DNA of 59,315 nucleotides, filler included, from Sphacelaria rigidula (GCA_964200075.2; 7 parts of 7 records of this genome joined end to end with filler, not necessarily neighbours in it); one strand, 5' to 3'; counted from the whole stretch's first letter, positions 1 through 13,717 are shown. Translations and numbers: made by a program. Notes: generated from the letters alone by a model not told the origin.

Positions 1-474
1 ACAACCATTTATTGTGGGGAAAACCTTAGTTGTAAATCCTCAGTTTTCCATCAACGGTTCCAAAAGGGTTAAGGGCATTTTACTCATGCCTGAAAACCGA
101 TTGTTGCCCTTGAGTCATGAGAAAAAAACAACTTGTGTACACTGGTTTTCGTTTTCATCATGCCCTATTCATTGTCTGTACCAAACTTCGGGGTCTAACT
201 CCAAATATTGGCCGGTTAATAGGATGTTCAGAGACGGGGTCAGAAGAAATTCGGAACAGTATTTTGCCGGTTACTTCCTGGCCCACGTCTGGTGCTTGTG
301 TACTGAAACTTTGCTTGGGCCGTGGCTAGGGCATCATTGACAAATCAAAGTGGGTTAGGTTGATTTTGGGGGATTTCGTTCACTGGTTCAGGGCGTTTTT
401 GTATGGAAACGACCATTTTTTTACGAGAACGCCCGAACCACTTCCAAAAACTAAATTTGAGGTCTCATTTTTTT

Positions 475-892
475 CAGGGAGGGATACGTGATACGTGACG
501 TTTTAACGTTACACATTCGAAAACACGTAACTTTGGGTCATTTAACGCCACGCAAGATTTGATTTTTTGGATGGGACATATGTAGTGTAACATGATATAA
601 CGTGTGATCCTTCGCATGAACCCTGACATTGCGTTTTACTTTCCAAATGTGACGAAAAACCTGTTTGTTTTCGTGAATATGTCACGTGTCACGTTAAAAA
701 AATCACAAAAACAGTTTTTTTTTACATATGGAAAACACCAAGAGATACTGCTTCAAGGTCCACATGTTACATCACGTTACGTTGGATTTGTCCCGTCCAA
801 AAAATCAAACCTTACGTAGCGTTAAATGGCCCAAAGTTACGTTTTTTCCCGTTTTTTTCAAATGTGTCACGTGTGTCACGTATTCCTCCCTG
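475..892. mobile_element. hAT-like MITE
   Basis: Termini are CAGGGAGGGATACGTGA...TCACGTATTCCTCCCTG, with long imperfect inverted arms. The flanks ATTTTTTT (467-474) and ATTTATTT (893-900) form an 8-bp TSD with one mismatch. Confidence 0.8.
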
Positions 893-3039
893 ATTTATTT
901 TATTTCAGCATAGCTCTGTGGTTCTTCATCCCGAATTTCAAATCATAATTCGAAAAATTGAGCTAAAACATTGAGATAAGGCCAAAGAGGAGTATTTATT
1001 TCTCCTCAGAACTGCCCTAAAAATGGAAAAATATATATAAAAACGAGAAAATTGAAAAATCTGATTATTTTAGCTTTATTATGTTCCAACGGTTCTCCAT
1101 ACAAAATTTCATAGCATAACTCTCAAAAAGTGAGGCGCGATATCCATATTTAGTTCATGTAGTGCCTCTGCTCGTAATATATTGATTCAAGTCTCGAAAC
1201 TTAGGTGTGCCATATCTCGAGATGGATAACTAATTAGGTGAATGTGAGGGTATCTATCGTCCACCCGTGCTCCAGGTAATGTCTACACCAAAACTGGTCA
1301 TCGCTGAATGTATCGATAGGGGGTTTCATATAGATTTTCGTGTGGACGCTATCTCCGTTAGGTATAGGAATTACCAGACATGGGGTTAAGTCAACGAGAA
1401 AATATGGGCCCAGACTTCTGGGCAGATGGGCACCTCCCCCTTGATTGGACGATTAATACGACGATGAGGATTATGGCCCAAATCGTCTCATGTCGATGAG
1501 ATATTGCCTTGAGAGTTTGAATCCGTTTTAGGCTAGCCCAGCTCGTGCGGTATGGAATATTTTGTCTACTGCAATAGACGCAAGAGTCGATACTGTACGC
1601 AGTATGCTTTTTGACAATGTAGTACATTGTCATTATCCAGGGTGTGGGGATTTCCTCCCTGGATCGCCCCGTTCAGGGATCGCCATGTGGTTCTTATGCA
1701 CTATGAGAGATGTCTATTCAATACCTTCGCTTCTGCCGGCTTGTTGAAGGACCATCATGTGAGACGTGTGCTCGTGTCACTGGTGGTCATGTAAAATGAT
1801 CAAGGTTGTGTTCTGTGGGGGGGGAGGGGGAGGGGTACGATTTCATTGTGTACTCGAGGTATCTAACCGGGTATTCCCCGTACTCGACAGTTGTGTGAGT
1901 CCTGCAACCCGCTCACACTCTAGTAGTACCCGACAGTTCCTGATGAAATCTGCACAAAGTGCTCGCCTCACCATATCTTTCCATCTGTTCATTATTTTTC
2001 AGTTCGTATGCCATGCAACACGTAAAAACGGCTCAGGTCTGGAGAGATACTTAGACGGTCGTGCGTCTGGCGGTGCACTGCCTTCCTGGAAGATGGCTAG
2101 GAACCGACGAGTTGTGCGTGGTCGTCCATGATGTGGATGTGCGTGACCACTTCAACCGCCCCCGATTTCCCAACTCATGAAGAGCTGATGAAAATTTCTC
2201 CGTCACGGCAATGGTTTGGCTGGCGGCATCAGGGGTAAAAACTCGCAACACCCTGGATAACAACATTAGATCACGTCGTCGAAATTGTACTGCGTACAGA
2301 GTGGAACCTGTTGTCGTCTTGCCATACTGTAGACGCAATACGTAGTCGATACTGCACACAGCATTAATTTTGACAATGTGATATGTGGTCATTATCCACG
2401 GTGTGAAACTTGCATAACACCCCGATTATCATTTAAAACCAAACTTGATGGAGGGGTGGGTTGAGCTGGGCTGAGAGGGGGGGTCCTCTGAATCCAAGTG
2501 ATTGAGCTACCAGGCATACTAAGACCGCTGAAACTGAAGTTATTTCACGCGAGGAGAGCATGTTACTAGACTCCGAGCAAGGTACACACTGCCTAGAGAG
2601 TGAGTGACACGAGTTGGGTGCGAGTCTGCAAAATCGAGCTGATGTAAATCGTGACAAGCCATGTCACTGCAATTTTGAGGCGGTACAGTAACCGAATGGT
2701 ATTTATTTAGTTGTTATTTCTCACATATACAAGGAGTGAGGCGGCTCAGTTTCGTGGGTTACCTGGAGAGTCGTGCCGCTTCCTACAGGGGGGGAAGTGC
2801 AGGAACTGATTTGTTCACCTCAACAGCCATCCATGTACTATGTTGGATCGCTCATGCAGCTAATAAAGCTCCTTGAAGAGGTCTCATACTACTCTTGGGA
2901 TGTTTTTTTGGGTCAAGGTGTAAATTACTTTTATAGGGCCAAAAAAAGGGACGGAGAGGGAGGGGTGTGAATCGTCCAATTCCTTGCTTGGGGTTACTGC
3001 AACAGAAAAAACACAGGATTACACGCAGGGCCCCGGGTT

Positions 3040-3173
3040 TTAACCACCGACTCTTTTGGAACCCAGTGACGATTTTTGTTTTTGTGAATTGGCATAGTTT
3101 TGATTTGAAAATGAATGGAAATGATGGCGACCCACAAAAGCACAAAATCATCAATGGGTTCCAAAAGGGTTAA
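3040..3173. mobile_element. piggyBac-like (TTAA) MITE
   Basis: TTAA...CTTTTGGAACCC...GGGTTCCAAAAGGG-TTAA. Related copies lie at 45846-45970 and 56812-56948, with a right end at 53-72 and a diverged copy at 53285-53525. Confidence 0.75.
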
Positions 3174-4914
3174 CAGCCCCAAATACACATCACAGTGTAC
3201 TGATGCTGGGCGTGGGGGCACAGTGCTATTCGCACGATCAAGTGTGAACTGACCCGCCACGACCTTCCGCGAGAAGAATTCAAAGCTTCCGAAAGCTTTC
3301 CGTGTGGCGACAGCTTTTCGACAGAGGCGTTTTCAACAGCACAAGAGGCGATTGTCATAGGTGTATTTTGGTGATCGAGGTGGACCAACACGTCACGGGG
3401 TGTTATTCTCCGTCATATACAGCAATAGGTTTGGTAGAAGTACATGTGTTTATCCCGCAATATTCAATATTCACCCCTGATAGCAGCAACAAGGTTTGAA
3501 GTATCCTGCCACATGGTGAGGTGAACATGTTGCTGTACAGTCAGTCGCGGGCGTCGAGCGGCGTCGAGGTAAGCACATCGTGAGGTGGCAAGGTGTTCCT
3601 CATGAAACGGGACGTGTGATTGTACACTAGTATTGAAGTAGTAGAGTACAGTCAGTGTTGTCCACGTGCTGCCATACATGAGGTCAGCATGCTGCAAGCA
3701 CCCAGCGTCAAAACCTGCTACAGCCCACATTGTGCGCTAAGGCATCAGTGTAAAACAGTTCAACCCTAGGGGTGGGGGCATGATAATAGCTTCCGCAGTA
3801 AAGTACACGTACCCACTTCTTCCCTTTGTCTTGAACGATGTGGTCTCTGCACTTTGAGCAGACATGACGGTCGTTTGTCGTTTGGACACTCATGACATGT
3901 TGCACACAGCGCATGTACTCTGAAGCGTGCTTCAGACCGACTAACGTACAGTACAGCACGCGAACACACATCAGGCAGACTTCAACCCTGCACCATGAAA
4001 AAATCCCGCTTGTTTATCAGGAAGCATGCGACGGACACTTTAGGGTGGGGTGAAGGAAGTAATGAAGCTCACCCTTCTCGCCTGGCGGTAGTAGCAACAC
4101 CGCTCTTCCTCTGGCATGATCGTGCGGCTGTTGGTCTAGAAAATCCGGCGGAAACTTTCACGACTTGAGGCGGTAGAAACGCCGTACTAGGCTCCGTGAG
4201 CATAGATACGGTAAGGCATGATGCCACACATGCCAAATGCATACCTCCAGATCTCTTCATACTGCTGTGTGATGCACCGTATCGTAGTCGACACTGGGCG
4301 GTTGTTGCCGGCATTGAGGATGTTGGAAAATGGCCTGAAAGTAGTATTGAAATACGATAAAACAAATGCGTGGCAAAGTGTTAACGATCTTCGACCTTCA
4401 CAATATTTAGATGCGCGGTGTATGTCTGGTGCAGCCCTTTGTGTGATTTAATGCCCTTCAATATTAGCATTTCTGCATCGTACTTGCCTAACCCTCAGAT
4501 CTGTCTCGGCATATCCCTCTCGCTACTGGTCTCTGTTGCTGTTCATGGATGAACGGGCACATGAGGAGATACGGATACAGCAGTGTATGGATGCGGTTTC
4601 CGCGGATCCATCACGACAGCATCTACAATGCCTCTCGGGGCAGAACAGGTCGGGGTGTCCACTCATACGTGTGCCGGTGGGAAGGATTGGCGATACAATG
4701 CATGAACGCAGGAGAACCACCACCGCCCTCGAAAACAATGTGCCACGCCAATCGTGACCTCATCCGCTATGAATTCCACGCTGATTTGCGTTCCCTCCAC
4801 ACGTCGCCACCGTCGTGGGGTTGTTCTGGCGTGCGGATATCATGTTCCTCCTCGATGAAGGTGTGATTAATTTCGAGCATGTTGACCACGGTCTGGTCGA
4901 CAGTCGTGCTCCGG

Positions 4915-5406
4915 TTTGGGTTGCACATTTGGGTCCAAATTTTTCTCATTCAGGGGCTCCCAAAGTTAGGAGCTACACAAGGATATGGCTTAGCATACTC
5001 GCGTTTTAGAGTTCGTTCGGGATAGACTATCCCTCTAACCCATTGGAATAAGTCATGCTACGATCTAGGGATTGCACATTTGGGCCCAGATCTTTCTCAT
5101 TCAGGGGCTCCCAAAGTTAGCTACAGAAGATCATGGGCCGGGGCATTCCCGTTTTCCATCTCATTCAGAATAACCCTGGCCCACTGGAATGCTAATCGTG
5201 GCGCGCTCACAGATTCTCATCAAGTCGTTTTCTGGATGAGACAGAGGGCTCCTCCTAACGGTTCGAACCCCACGAAATATTTGTGCATCCTTACAATAGC
5301 ACCACTCGGATGCGAGTTGCCGCGCGTGCTCTCTCATTTTTTTATGAGAAAGACCGCTCCCGACAAATCGAACATTAGAAAATGTTTGTGCACCGCTGAC
5401 GTAGCC
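4915..5406. repeat. Dispersed repeat related to the GAG...CTC MITE family
   Basis: The CACATTTGGGCCCAGATCTTTCTCATTCAGGGGCTCCC block occurs twice here and again near 28740-28990 and 37801-38044. Copies end in the GTGCACCCC-CCGT motif. Confidence 0.6.
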
Positions 5407-5687
5407 CCCCTCCCCCCTCCGCTGTAGGTGTCAGCGCCCCCTCGTTTTGGGTTATCGCGCACAGCATCACATGACTGCCCACCATCCTCCTTGGTGTGTG
5501 CTGGTGCGGTGTACTGCTTCCTTGCCGATAATTGTGAACCACCACCACCTTATCGTTTTCAAGAAAGAACTTGAAAAAAGTATAGGAGGAGAGAACTGTG
5601 ACGAAATCACGCCGTTCGTTACGTTGAGTTGATAGTGATGATCTGGATGATGACCGGGAACACCAGGTCGATATCCTGGCGTGTCTA

Positions 5688-5947
5688 GAGCAACGCTACG
5701 GTAGGGGTGCACTTTTTCGCGAAGTTATGTCTCGTTCAGGGGGCTCCTTACGATTCTAAATGCACAAAAATATGGGTCAGGGCACCCTAATTTGCATATT
5801 CATTCGGGATATCCCCAGCACATTGGAGTGGTAATCCTGGCGTACTTCCTCATATTTTCATAGGCCGTCGTGTTTTGCATGAGATGAAGGGCCCCTAACA
5901 ATTCTAACCTCAGAAAAAAAATGTGCACCCCTACCGTAGCATCACTC
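5688..5947. mobile_element. MITE with GAG...CTC ends and 4-bp TSD (Sola-like)
   Basis: TIRs GAGCAACGCTACGGTAGGGGTGCAC / GTGCACCCCTACCGTAGCATCACTC, with TSD TCTA at 5684-5687 and 5948-5951. Confidence 0.8.
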
Positions 5948-6536
5948 TCTAGAAGGCTGCCTTGGAACGGCACTCCTGAATAATGAGACTGTTGTGAAGG
6001 CTGACAACTGCCACTGAGGCCAGTAAGACTGGGGAGTCCCTCAACAGCAATGATCCACCAGTCCTTCTTCTGGCTGGCGTCACAAAGCACACACACATAC
6101 ACACCCGGTGCAGACAAGAGAAAAGAACTATACACCACTCAGCTATCGCACCTATGGCATCAATTCCTAACGCGTGAATTTCCATCAACTAACCCCCATT
6201 GAGATATACTACTTTGACACGGTGATGCGCAGTGTGTTTTCATGCAGTAATTGACAGTTTGCTATGCCCACGGTAACCGCAACCGCGGTGACAAGCATGG
6301 CGGCAACTGCGATACTTGCATGGTGAATTTTTCCGCGGGACTGGGAAAACAATATTTTGTTCGGGATTCACCACGGTAATTCCACTTCACCACAGTAGCA
6401 GGTTGTACGTGAACGGCAAATGTACTCGTCACGGGTAACATCACGAACTACGGTGTGGCCGTGCGAGTACCGCGGTAATATTACCAAGAGGCCCCTTGAA
6501 AACAACAGATTTCTTCAAGGTTCAACCTTGTGTTTC

Positions 6537-6740
6537 GTAGGGTATATCCGGAAGCGGGGGATTTTCGGTCAGAGTACTAGTTCAGCAATACAAAAATGTG
6601 TACCGAACATTCCGGTATATGATCCGGCAGGGTGTCGAATCCTGATCCGAACAATCCGGTATAGTTCGGAAGTTTTCTTACCGATAAAATATATTTTCAA
6701 TTACTTCCGTGAAATACCCGAATTTCCGTCAGTACGCCCT
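6537..6740. mobile_element. Short TIR element (MITE)
   Basis: Imperfect inverted ends GTAGGGTATATCCGGAAG...TTCCGTCAGTACGCCCTAC, with repeated internal ATCCGG motifs. Confidence 0.5.
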
Positions 6741-7486
6741 ACAAAACATGACCTTCGATTTTTTTCCCCAGCTTTTCCAAAGAACGAATGCTGGAGAGAA
6801 ATTTCCGACGCTAGATTTTCGTAAAAACCTGTGGTCATTCTTAAATCAATTCATTGCGCGGCCTGGTGAATAAATATGCTCTCACATTTTTCGGAGTTTT
6901 ATTCCCCCGAGATTTGTTTCCAAGATTTTCGGGAGAAAAATAGACACGTTGATTTTAATGACACCCATTACTGAAACTTTCGGCATGCTCTTCTCTTTTT
7001 CCTCCAACACTACAGCTGACGACGCCCTGGTTGACTCTACCTTAACTTGCACGAAAGAGCAATAGCATCGCTCTCTCGGTCCCTCTCTAAATATTTACAA
7101 AGTCGATCCCTCCATGTATCGTAATATACGGCACTTCAATCTTCGGCGTTGTATCATACGCTACACTTTATATCTTTACTTCATCTCCCTCAGAAAAAAT
7201 AAGAACAAAACTCCCAGAACGAGCACAAACACGCGGAGTAACAAACAATAACAACAAAATGCAGTACAACCAAACTCAAGGTGAAAATACAAGGAACGAA
7301 AAAAAGTGTGTGACTAATACTACTGCGCTACAACGTGAGCCGCAACCGTGGGGGGTGACTACTGCCTGCAGCACTGCTACTACCACGCTACAACGTGAGC
7401 GGTCACCACTGCAACATCACGCACACGCACAAACCTGAAAAAGGAGAAGGTGAAACTCGAAGTCACCACAACGCCCCCCCCCCCTA

Positions 7487-7575
7487 CAGGAGTGCTCCGT
7501 AGTGCTCCGTCTCGAAAGGGATGCGTGGTCAATGGTCACACGACCAAGGCAAGCAACAAATTAGTACGCCCCCCT
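7487..7575 (+). mobile_element. LINE family 1, extreme 3' fragment
   Basis: GCTCCGTCTCGAAAGGGATGCGTGGTCAATGGTC...AGGCAAGCAACAAATTAGTACG+C-run matches the 3' ends of the LINE copies at 25500 and 44900. Other fragments lie at 51045-51115 and 58152-58285 (-). Confidence 0.75.
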
Positions 7576-8087
7576 GCAGGATACGGGTTACGTAAGAGAA
7601 ATATTGAAACGAACCAGGGTCATAATCCAGATCACAGCCACGTGGAGAAGGGGTTGCTGAAGTAACTCCCCCCACCCCCCCCTACACACCACGCGCCCCC
7701 CGCCCGAACGTTTGCCATACATCGGCCCCTGGAGCGAACAGGACCNNNNNNNNNNTCCAGATCACAGCCACGTGGAGAAGGGGTTGCTGAAGTAACTCCC
7801 CCCACCCCACCCAACCCCCCAGCGTCCACCTGCTAGAACTTGATGTTTTAGGTTGAGCCATGTGTCAAGATGACCGTTCTGACCGCCCACGGATTCCCAG
7901 ACGCAGTTATCTCAGCATCCGATACACTCTACCCCACACACACCGCGGTCCCGCCCCTCCTGCATGCTCCGTCCCAGCTTTGTAGGGATGCGAGGTCAAT
8001 GGTCTCATGACTACGACTATGCAAGATCATGACTACACCCTAACCCCTCTCCCCCACAATCGTGCGATCCAAACAGTACAACCATGG

Positions 8088-8200
8088 TTAGGGGTTAAAC
8101 TTGGGCTGCACTGGCAACGGCTCCTCCTTAGGGATGAATGCCATGGACGCCGCGTTCATGCAGTATCGCTTTCCGGTCGGCTTCGGTCCATCATCGAACA
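8088..8200 (-). CDS. msrB: Peptide-methionine (R)-S-oxide reductase MsrB, terminal exon
   Basis: Translates to (V)[23 protein letters not shown]...stop, the MsrB HVF-DGP-PTG-RYC-N signature. A CAG acceptor precedes it at 8203-8201. Confidence 0.92.
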
Positions 8201-8390
8201 CTGCATGCAACGCAGTCGGGACGGCAGCGGAAGCACACAGACACCGACGGACACAGACGCGCGCAGAGGCAGAGCAAGGGTTTGAGAGAAAAACGAAAAA
8301 AAAAAAAAACAAGAAAATCGGAAAAAGCAAAATCAGGAAAATAAATAACAAAAAAAAAATAATAAAATTTTTTAAAATAAAGATTCCGAA

Positions 8391-8490
8391 NNNNNNNNNN
8401 NNNNNNNNNNNNNNNNNNNNNNNNNNNNNNNNNNTTAATTAATTAANNNNNNNNNNNNNNNNNNNNNNNNNNNNNNNNNNNNNNNNNNNN
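8391..8490. other. Artificial contig-join spacer (N44-TTAATTAATTAA-N44)
   Basis: Identical 100-bp spacer with stops in all six frames. It recurs at 16880-16979, 25368-25467, 33856-33955, 42343-42442 and 50830-50929. Confidence 0.98.
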
Positions 8491-9776
8491 GATGAAGTGT
8501 CCTGCACTGTATTACCCTAGGGTATCAAGGTACGACAGTGTACTCGAAGGATTGTTTCCCGCCTGCCTGCTCTTCGGCTTCATGCACGAGTACGCAGTAC
8601 CACACTCATGGAAAAAATGGCCGTCTGTGTACAGAACCGTTTCACAAAACTGTGATACTGTACCGCCTGTACCATGAAACGGTCCCCCCGATTTTGAGTT
8701 CACGAATTTGAGTCCCCCCGATTTTTTCAAAATCGGGGTCCCAAAAAATCGATATTCGTTTGCCATTAAAGTGGGTCTTATTTGTCCGATCCTTGGATTG
8801 TTTGCAGCTTTCAAGGACCACTGTTTTGCCCAAGGCGTGTTTTTCAGACCCGTGATCGCTCCTAAAATGGTGGTGAATCGCGTAAATACTGTATCACACC
8901 TCCATCCTTCCACTGTGGTGAGGGGATTTCTGTGTGCTCGGCCATACTACTTTGTTTCTGTGATGTGGCTTAGCACGCTTGCCAAGTGTTGGGCGGGTAC
9001 GACCTCCGGACTGCAGCACAACAATACTCCGGTGGGGTGCGTCACCTAAATAAATGTGTGCCGCAGTGCCACAAGGGACTAAATATATATATATATATAT
9101 AATATACAGTACAGACGGTGCTGGTTTTTGTTGTATGAAACTCAGAGGCCGCGGTGCTGGTTTTTGCTGTGTGCACAAAGTTGAAGTAACCCGACCGCAC
9201 CGGGACGACATTTTTGGTGCGAGCATGATGTATGTCGGTGGATTACTCTGTGGCCTTCCGCCGTAAAAATGATTATTATCGGTACTTTCTTTCCCCATAT
9301 TTTCTTCTTTGTCAGCGCTCGGAATAATGAGGCGTCTGGACAGCGGACGGGAGGAGAGGGTTCCCAAAGGGTTAGCTCGGCACGAAGATGTACACCATGG
9401 ACATCAGAAAACAACAAATCAAACACCAGCAGAGCGCGCCGCCACATGCGATATTCGTGTACATACAAATCTCGAAATGCAAAACCTTGTAATGGGACAC
9501 CTTCTTCGAACTTCAAACTCCCCTCCCTCCCTCCATCACACCCTTCGACCACGTGCATCTCACGCGAGCCTTTGTACATATACATGAAACATAATATCGA
9601 CAAACCGTCCCACATACACAACCCCATCTACCTGTGTGGCATTTTCACCCAGCATCCTCTTTTTTTTATTTTCAGCGAGTGTTTCAGATTCGTTTTGTCT
9701 CGGGTACGTCTATCACATGACCACGGCGGGATCCCTGGGGGGTCCGTTAAAGTGCGATAATCAATCAATCTATCAA

Positions 9777-9925
9777 CAGGCTTTAGCTTCGTATGCGCAT
9801 TTTTTTTCAAAAATTATGCTCATTTTTTTTTGTTCGCCTGAAGCTTTTGAAACAAAAGGCTTGTTTTAATCCCCAAAACAGCAAATTCATCTAAACCTTA
9901 TGCGCGCATACGGAGCTAAAGCCTG
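9777..9925. mobile_element. Short MITE
   Basis: TIRs CAGGCTTTAGCTTCGTATGCGC / GCGCATACGGAGCTAAAGCCTG. A partial second copy lies at about 10160-10318. Confidence 0.6.
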
Positions 9926-10746
9926 AACGCTGCAGAGGGTAGTGGCTCCATGTGCAACTACTGTACAAAATCTTGACTATATGTCTCGATTCAACACAGT
10001 ATCAACTATATGAAATAAACAGCGAAACGTTTCTGGATCAGACCCGCCACCATGGCAGTTAGAGTATTGAAGCCCATCTGGTGACGGGTGACGAGTCACC
10101 AGTCTTGCCATAGGCCATAGCGGGCACTTTCAGACAGCCGCTGCAATGGCTGGAGGAGGTGCATAAAATTTTATCGCAACTTTATGCTCGTTTCAAGCAC
10201 ATTATAAGCTCATCAGAAATTTTATGCTCGCCTTAAGCTATTGGGAAAAAATATATATTTTGAGTCCCAAAACCCAAATTAAGCTAAACCTTATGCGCGC
10301 ATACGAAGCTACAGCCTTTCAATCAACCTATCAAACCAGCTCGGGACCACGGAAAGATTCCGAGGAATGGAATTATTTTCAGATAAGCGTGTTCATACTT
10401 CGGTTGGTGATGAGAAATTTCGGTCAGCAGTAAACTGCAGGTAGCCCCAACACTCGAGAACCTATTATTACTTTGGCGCGAGGCTCGAGTTCTTACTTCC
10501 TCTGTACGCTACTAAGAGCCACTACATAGGTTTTGTGTGGGTTTTCTACTCAGGCATCACAACTTGTGCTTGAATTTATAACATTGTGAAAACGTCGAGG
10601 CTCACGTTCTTAACTGAGAAGCTCTCACGTGGTGGCGCCACCTGTACTCTATGTACTGCGACTTGTTTTTGCCGTTATGATATTCAACATGGGCGTTGTA
10701 GCTTCGGGCCATTTTCGCATATTTCGGCTGAAGAAGCGTCCCTCAC

Positions 10747-10845
10747 CTGTAAAACCTCGGTGAGTCGCTTAGCGCCGTCCAGCACGGCGGGAAGAGCAGA
10801 AAGGTCAGCCGTGTACGCCGGAGGGGACCCGACCAACCTCTCGCC
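10747..10845 (-). CDS. COG6: Conserved oligomeric Golgi complex subunit 6, internal exon
   Basis: AG/GT-bounded 99-bp exon GERLVGSPPAYTADLSALPAVLDGAKRLTEVLQ, in phase with the preceding COG6 exon. Confidence 0.7.
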
Positions 10846-11884
10846 CTGGTTTTTCATTTGCATCGATATAACGACAGAGAATTTGCAGCCAAAACACGAA
10901 AGCGGCACTCGACAGCAGGGCGTGCGGTCACATCCAACTCACAGTGTTTGCAGCCGAAACACAAGAGCAGCACAAAACTGCAGGGGGGTTCCGTCGCATT
11001 CAACCGACAGTGTTTGCGGCAAAAAACAACTACAATGACAGCCTTACTAATTCAGCAACAGCCACAACAAACAACAACGACGACGACGACGGAAGCGGCT
11101 GGAGCAAAAACATTCAACATAATAAACAGGAAAAGGAGATGAAGGAGAACGTCGTGCACAATATATACACTCAGTGTACATATATTGTTGTACTTCGATT
11201 CCCTCCCATTCCTCGTGACGATTCCGTGGTCTCAGGGGATCAAGCCATCTCTCCCCGGTACACGCCTCGCACTTTCGTCTCGCGGATTGGGTCAGCACTC
11301 CCGCACAGCGTCAATTTCTCGTCTGATAAACTCCGTGAACTACTTTTGTTCACACACGTCGTCACGCTTTCTATGGTGGAAATCAGATACTTTGGAAGAA
11401 AAAACCAAACGCGTCAGAAATCGAATCCTATATCGGCAAAACAAAGCGTAAAGTAAAACGAAACAAAACAAAACGAAAACGAAAACAGCCTGCCTCTGCC
11501 ATGGACATCACCATAGCCCATGGATCACTCAAGAGGGGTTCTGAAACACCACCAGCGTCTTCTGGTCGTATTTTTGTGTTCATCCACTAATCCATATTAT
11601 CATGCCACCCCCTCACCCCCTTGCCTATGCATATTCCCTACCCCTACCTTTGCTGTCATACACTCATAACTACCGGAGTGTGCAGCGCGAACATCCCCAA
11701 ATGCCTCACAAGTTATCGATCGAAGATGACAACATGGAACCAGGAAAATAACTACAGTACGGCGTTGCATTTACAGGCATAGTTTCATTCGGAAATCTTG
11801 AACTGACAATGGAAACGAACCCCCAATCATCCGTTGTTGACATACGAAAAGATATCAGCTGGTATTCAGGCGGGTGGGGGGAGG

Positions 11885-12590
11885 GGGGTACTCATGATTT
11901 TGCATACCGCAGTCATAAGACCATTAACCTCACATCCCTATTAAGCCGGGACGGAGCACGCCGGGATTTTGCCGGACCAGGCTCTCAATCAATCACCAGC
12001 GCGAAGCGCCGTGATGTGTTCGGCGAGTCGCATGAAGGGTGAGCTTCATCCTGCTAAGATTGTTCGGCTCGAAGCGTAATTATCTTTCATGTGGATGAAA
12101 GCCTCCAACGAGTTGCTTCATTTTCTGCTATCGCCGTTTCGAGAGACAGCCACGGCTTACACTGCCTCATAGGTGTCTCACCATTTAAACACTGCATAGT
12201 ACGATCATCCTCTTTGCGCGGATGATCAAACGATCAGGCGGGGGGAGGGGAGGTGTACTCATGATTATGATGCCGTAGTCGTATGAATATTGGCCTCGCA
12301 TCCCTATAAAGCCAGGACACGCCGGGCTTTCACCGGGCCAAGCTCGCACTCAATCACCAAGCGCGAAGCGCCGTAGTGTGTTCGGCGAGTCGAATGAAAG
12401 GTGGTCTGCATCCTGCCAACATTGTTCCGTCCGAAGCGTACTGATTATCTTGCATTTGGATGACAGCCTACAATGAGTTGCTTCATTTTCTGGTATCGCC
12501 ACTTCCAGACACAGCCACGACTTATACACTGCTTCATGGGTGTCTCACCATTTGAACGCTACGTTGGACCATCATCCCCATTGTGCGGAG
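11885..12590 (-). mobile_element. Two tandem 3' fragments of LINE family 2
   Basis: Two similar ~340-bp units (about 11885-12225 and 12253-12590), each ending on the minus strand in CATGAGTAC plus a C-tract. Shorter copies lie at 7962-8040, 16015-16055, 34455-34665 (two), 46290-46330 and 50650-50805. Confidence 0.65.
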
Positions 12591-13280
12591 TTGAGGTTTT
12601 CCCACGCCGCACAACATGATCTAGCTCGACTACCATCATGGTTACCGCAAAAAAACCGGTAACCTGGTTGTCCAGCTTACGCAGTTAGTGACGTGTTTTA
12701 TGGCGTCATCGCCAACCGATGCCATCCCCATCGGCGTCCGCCATTACAAAGCGGAAAGGCGGGGGGAGGAGGAGTATCAATCTACATACCACCACCAACC
12801 CATTGCCCAGGTATCAGGGACCTCCAACACAGGGAGTCTACACTTTTGACGTGGTTACAGACAAGTAGTCATAAGACGAACAAAAAATGAAAAGTACTAT
12901 TATTGCGGTATGCTCATGCAAGAGCCCCGGGTGACTGACAACGAACAAACCTTTATCAGTGAAGGCGGGGGAGAGACAATGTACCGCAACAAAATATCGT
13001 GGGATTGCGGGGGGGGGGGGGGGGACCCAAATCTGGGCGGGGGTGTCCCACCGCGGGGTATTATCCCACCCGCGGGCCCCGCCCATGTTCTGGGTTTTTT
13101 NNNNNNNNNNAACAAAGCTTCTAGGAGGGGGGAGGGGGACGAGGCAACGACCCCAACAAAGTGGGGGTGGGTTGGGGGGGGGGGGGGGGGAACCAACGTC
13201 GTGCCGTGGGTTACCAACTCCGTACTATATCACTACCGCAGGACCCTGCACAGTTTCTGGTATTTTGATTGCCCTGTAAT

Positions 13281-13393
13281 GAGACTCTGCACTGTAATGG
13301 AACCTGCACTGTTGTGGGACCCTGTACTATAGTGGAACCCTGTACTATAGTGGGACCCTGCACTTTTCAGAACCGCACTGTGGTGGGGACCCC
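13281..13393. repeat. 18-bp minisatellite
   Basis: Degenerate tandem units resembling GGACCCTGTACTATAGTG. Confidence 0.7.
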
Positions 13394-13531
13394 GAACGTA
13401 GCCCAATCCAGCACTGCAGGTACCGATATGGTGTCAACAAGAGACAAACAATCGTGTCAACAAGGAGGGGGTATTATTTCACGTACCGGTGACAAGACAC
13501 TGTCACCTACGATACGTACGTAAGTACGTAC

Positions 13532-13717
13532 CTCTCGCTTCATGGCGTGTCGGAAGGTCTCGTCGGCATTGCGTCTGCACTCCGACAAGGCGTCCAGTAG
13601 GGGGGATGCTGGCCCCGCCAGTTGTCCCACTGTGGCAGCGTAGAAGGACAGCAGGTTGAGCAGCCGATAGCCAATTCCGACCTCTCGAACGGACTCCAAA
13701 ACGGTGGAAACCCTCGA
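13532..13717 (-). CDS. COG6: COG6 internal exon
   Basis: AG/GT-bounded 186-bp exon SRVSTVLESVREVGIGYRLLNLLSFYAATV..., which fits the COG6 R-V-x-x-V-L...Y-x-L-x-N-L-L-x-F-Y pattern. Phase 0/0. Confidence 0.82.

Noticed and set aside
1893..1924. Helitron-like 3' end (GTGTGAG...CTCACAC hairpin then CTAG)
   Set aside because: The hairpin-to-CTAG spacing is atypical, it is a single instance, and no matching 5' end is evident.
7626..7808. Direct duplication of ~55 bp
   Set aside because: The copies flank a 10-N gap, so this is most likely an unmerged contig overlap.
8088..8200. Selenoprotein MsrB
   Set aside because: The catalytic position is Cys (RYCMN), with no in-frame TGA in the visible exon.
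8435..8446. Periodic TTAATTAATTAA palindrome every ~8.49 kb
   Set aside because: It is a synthetic six-frame stop linker embedded in N runs.
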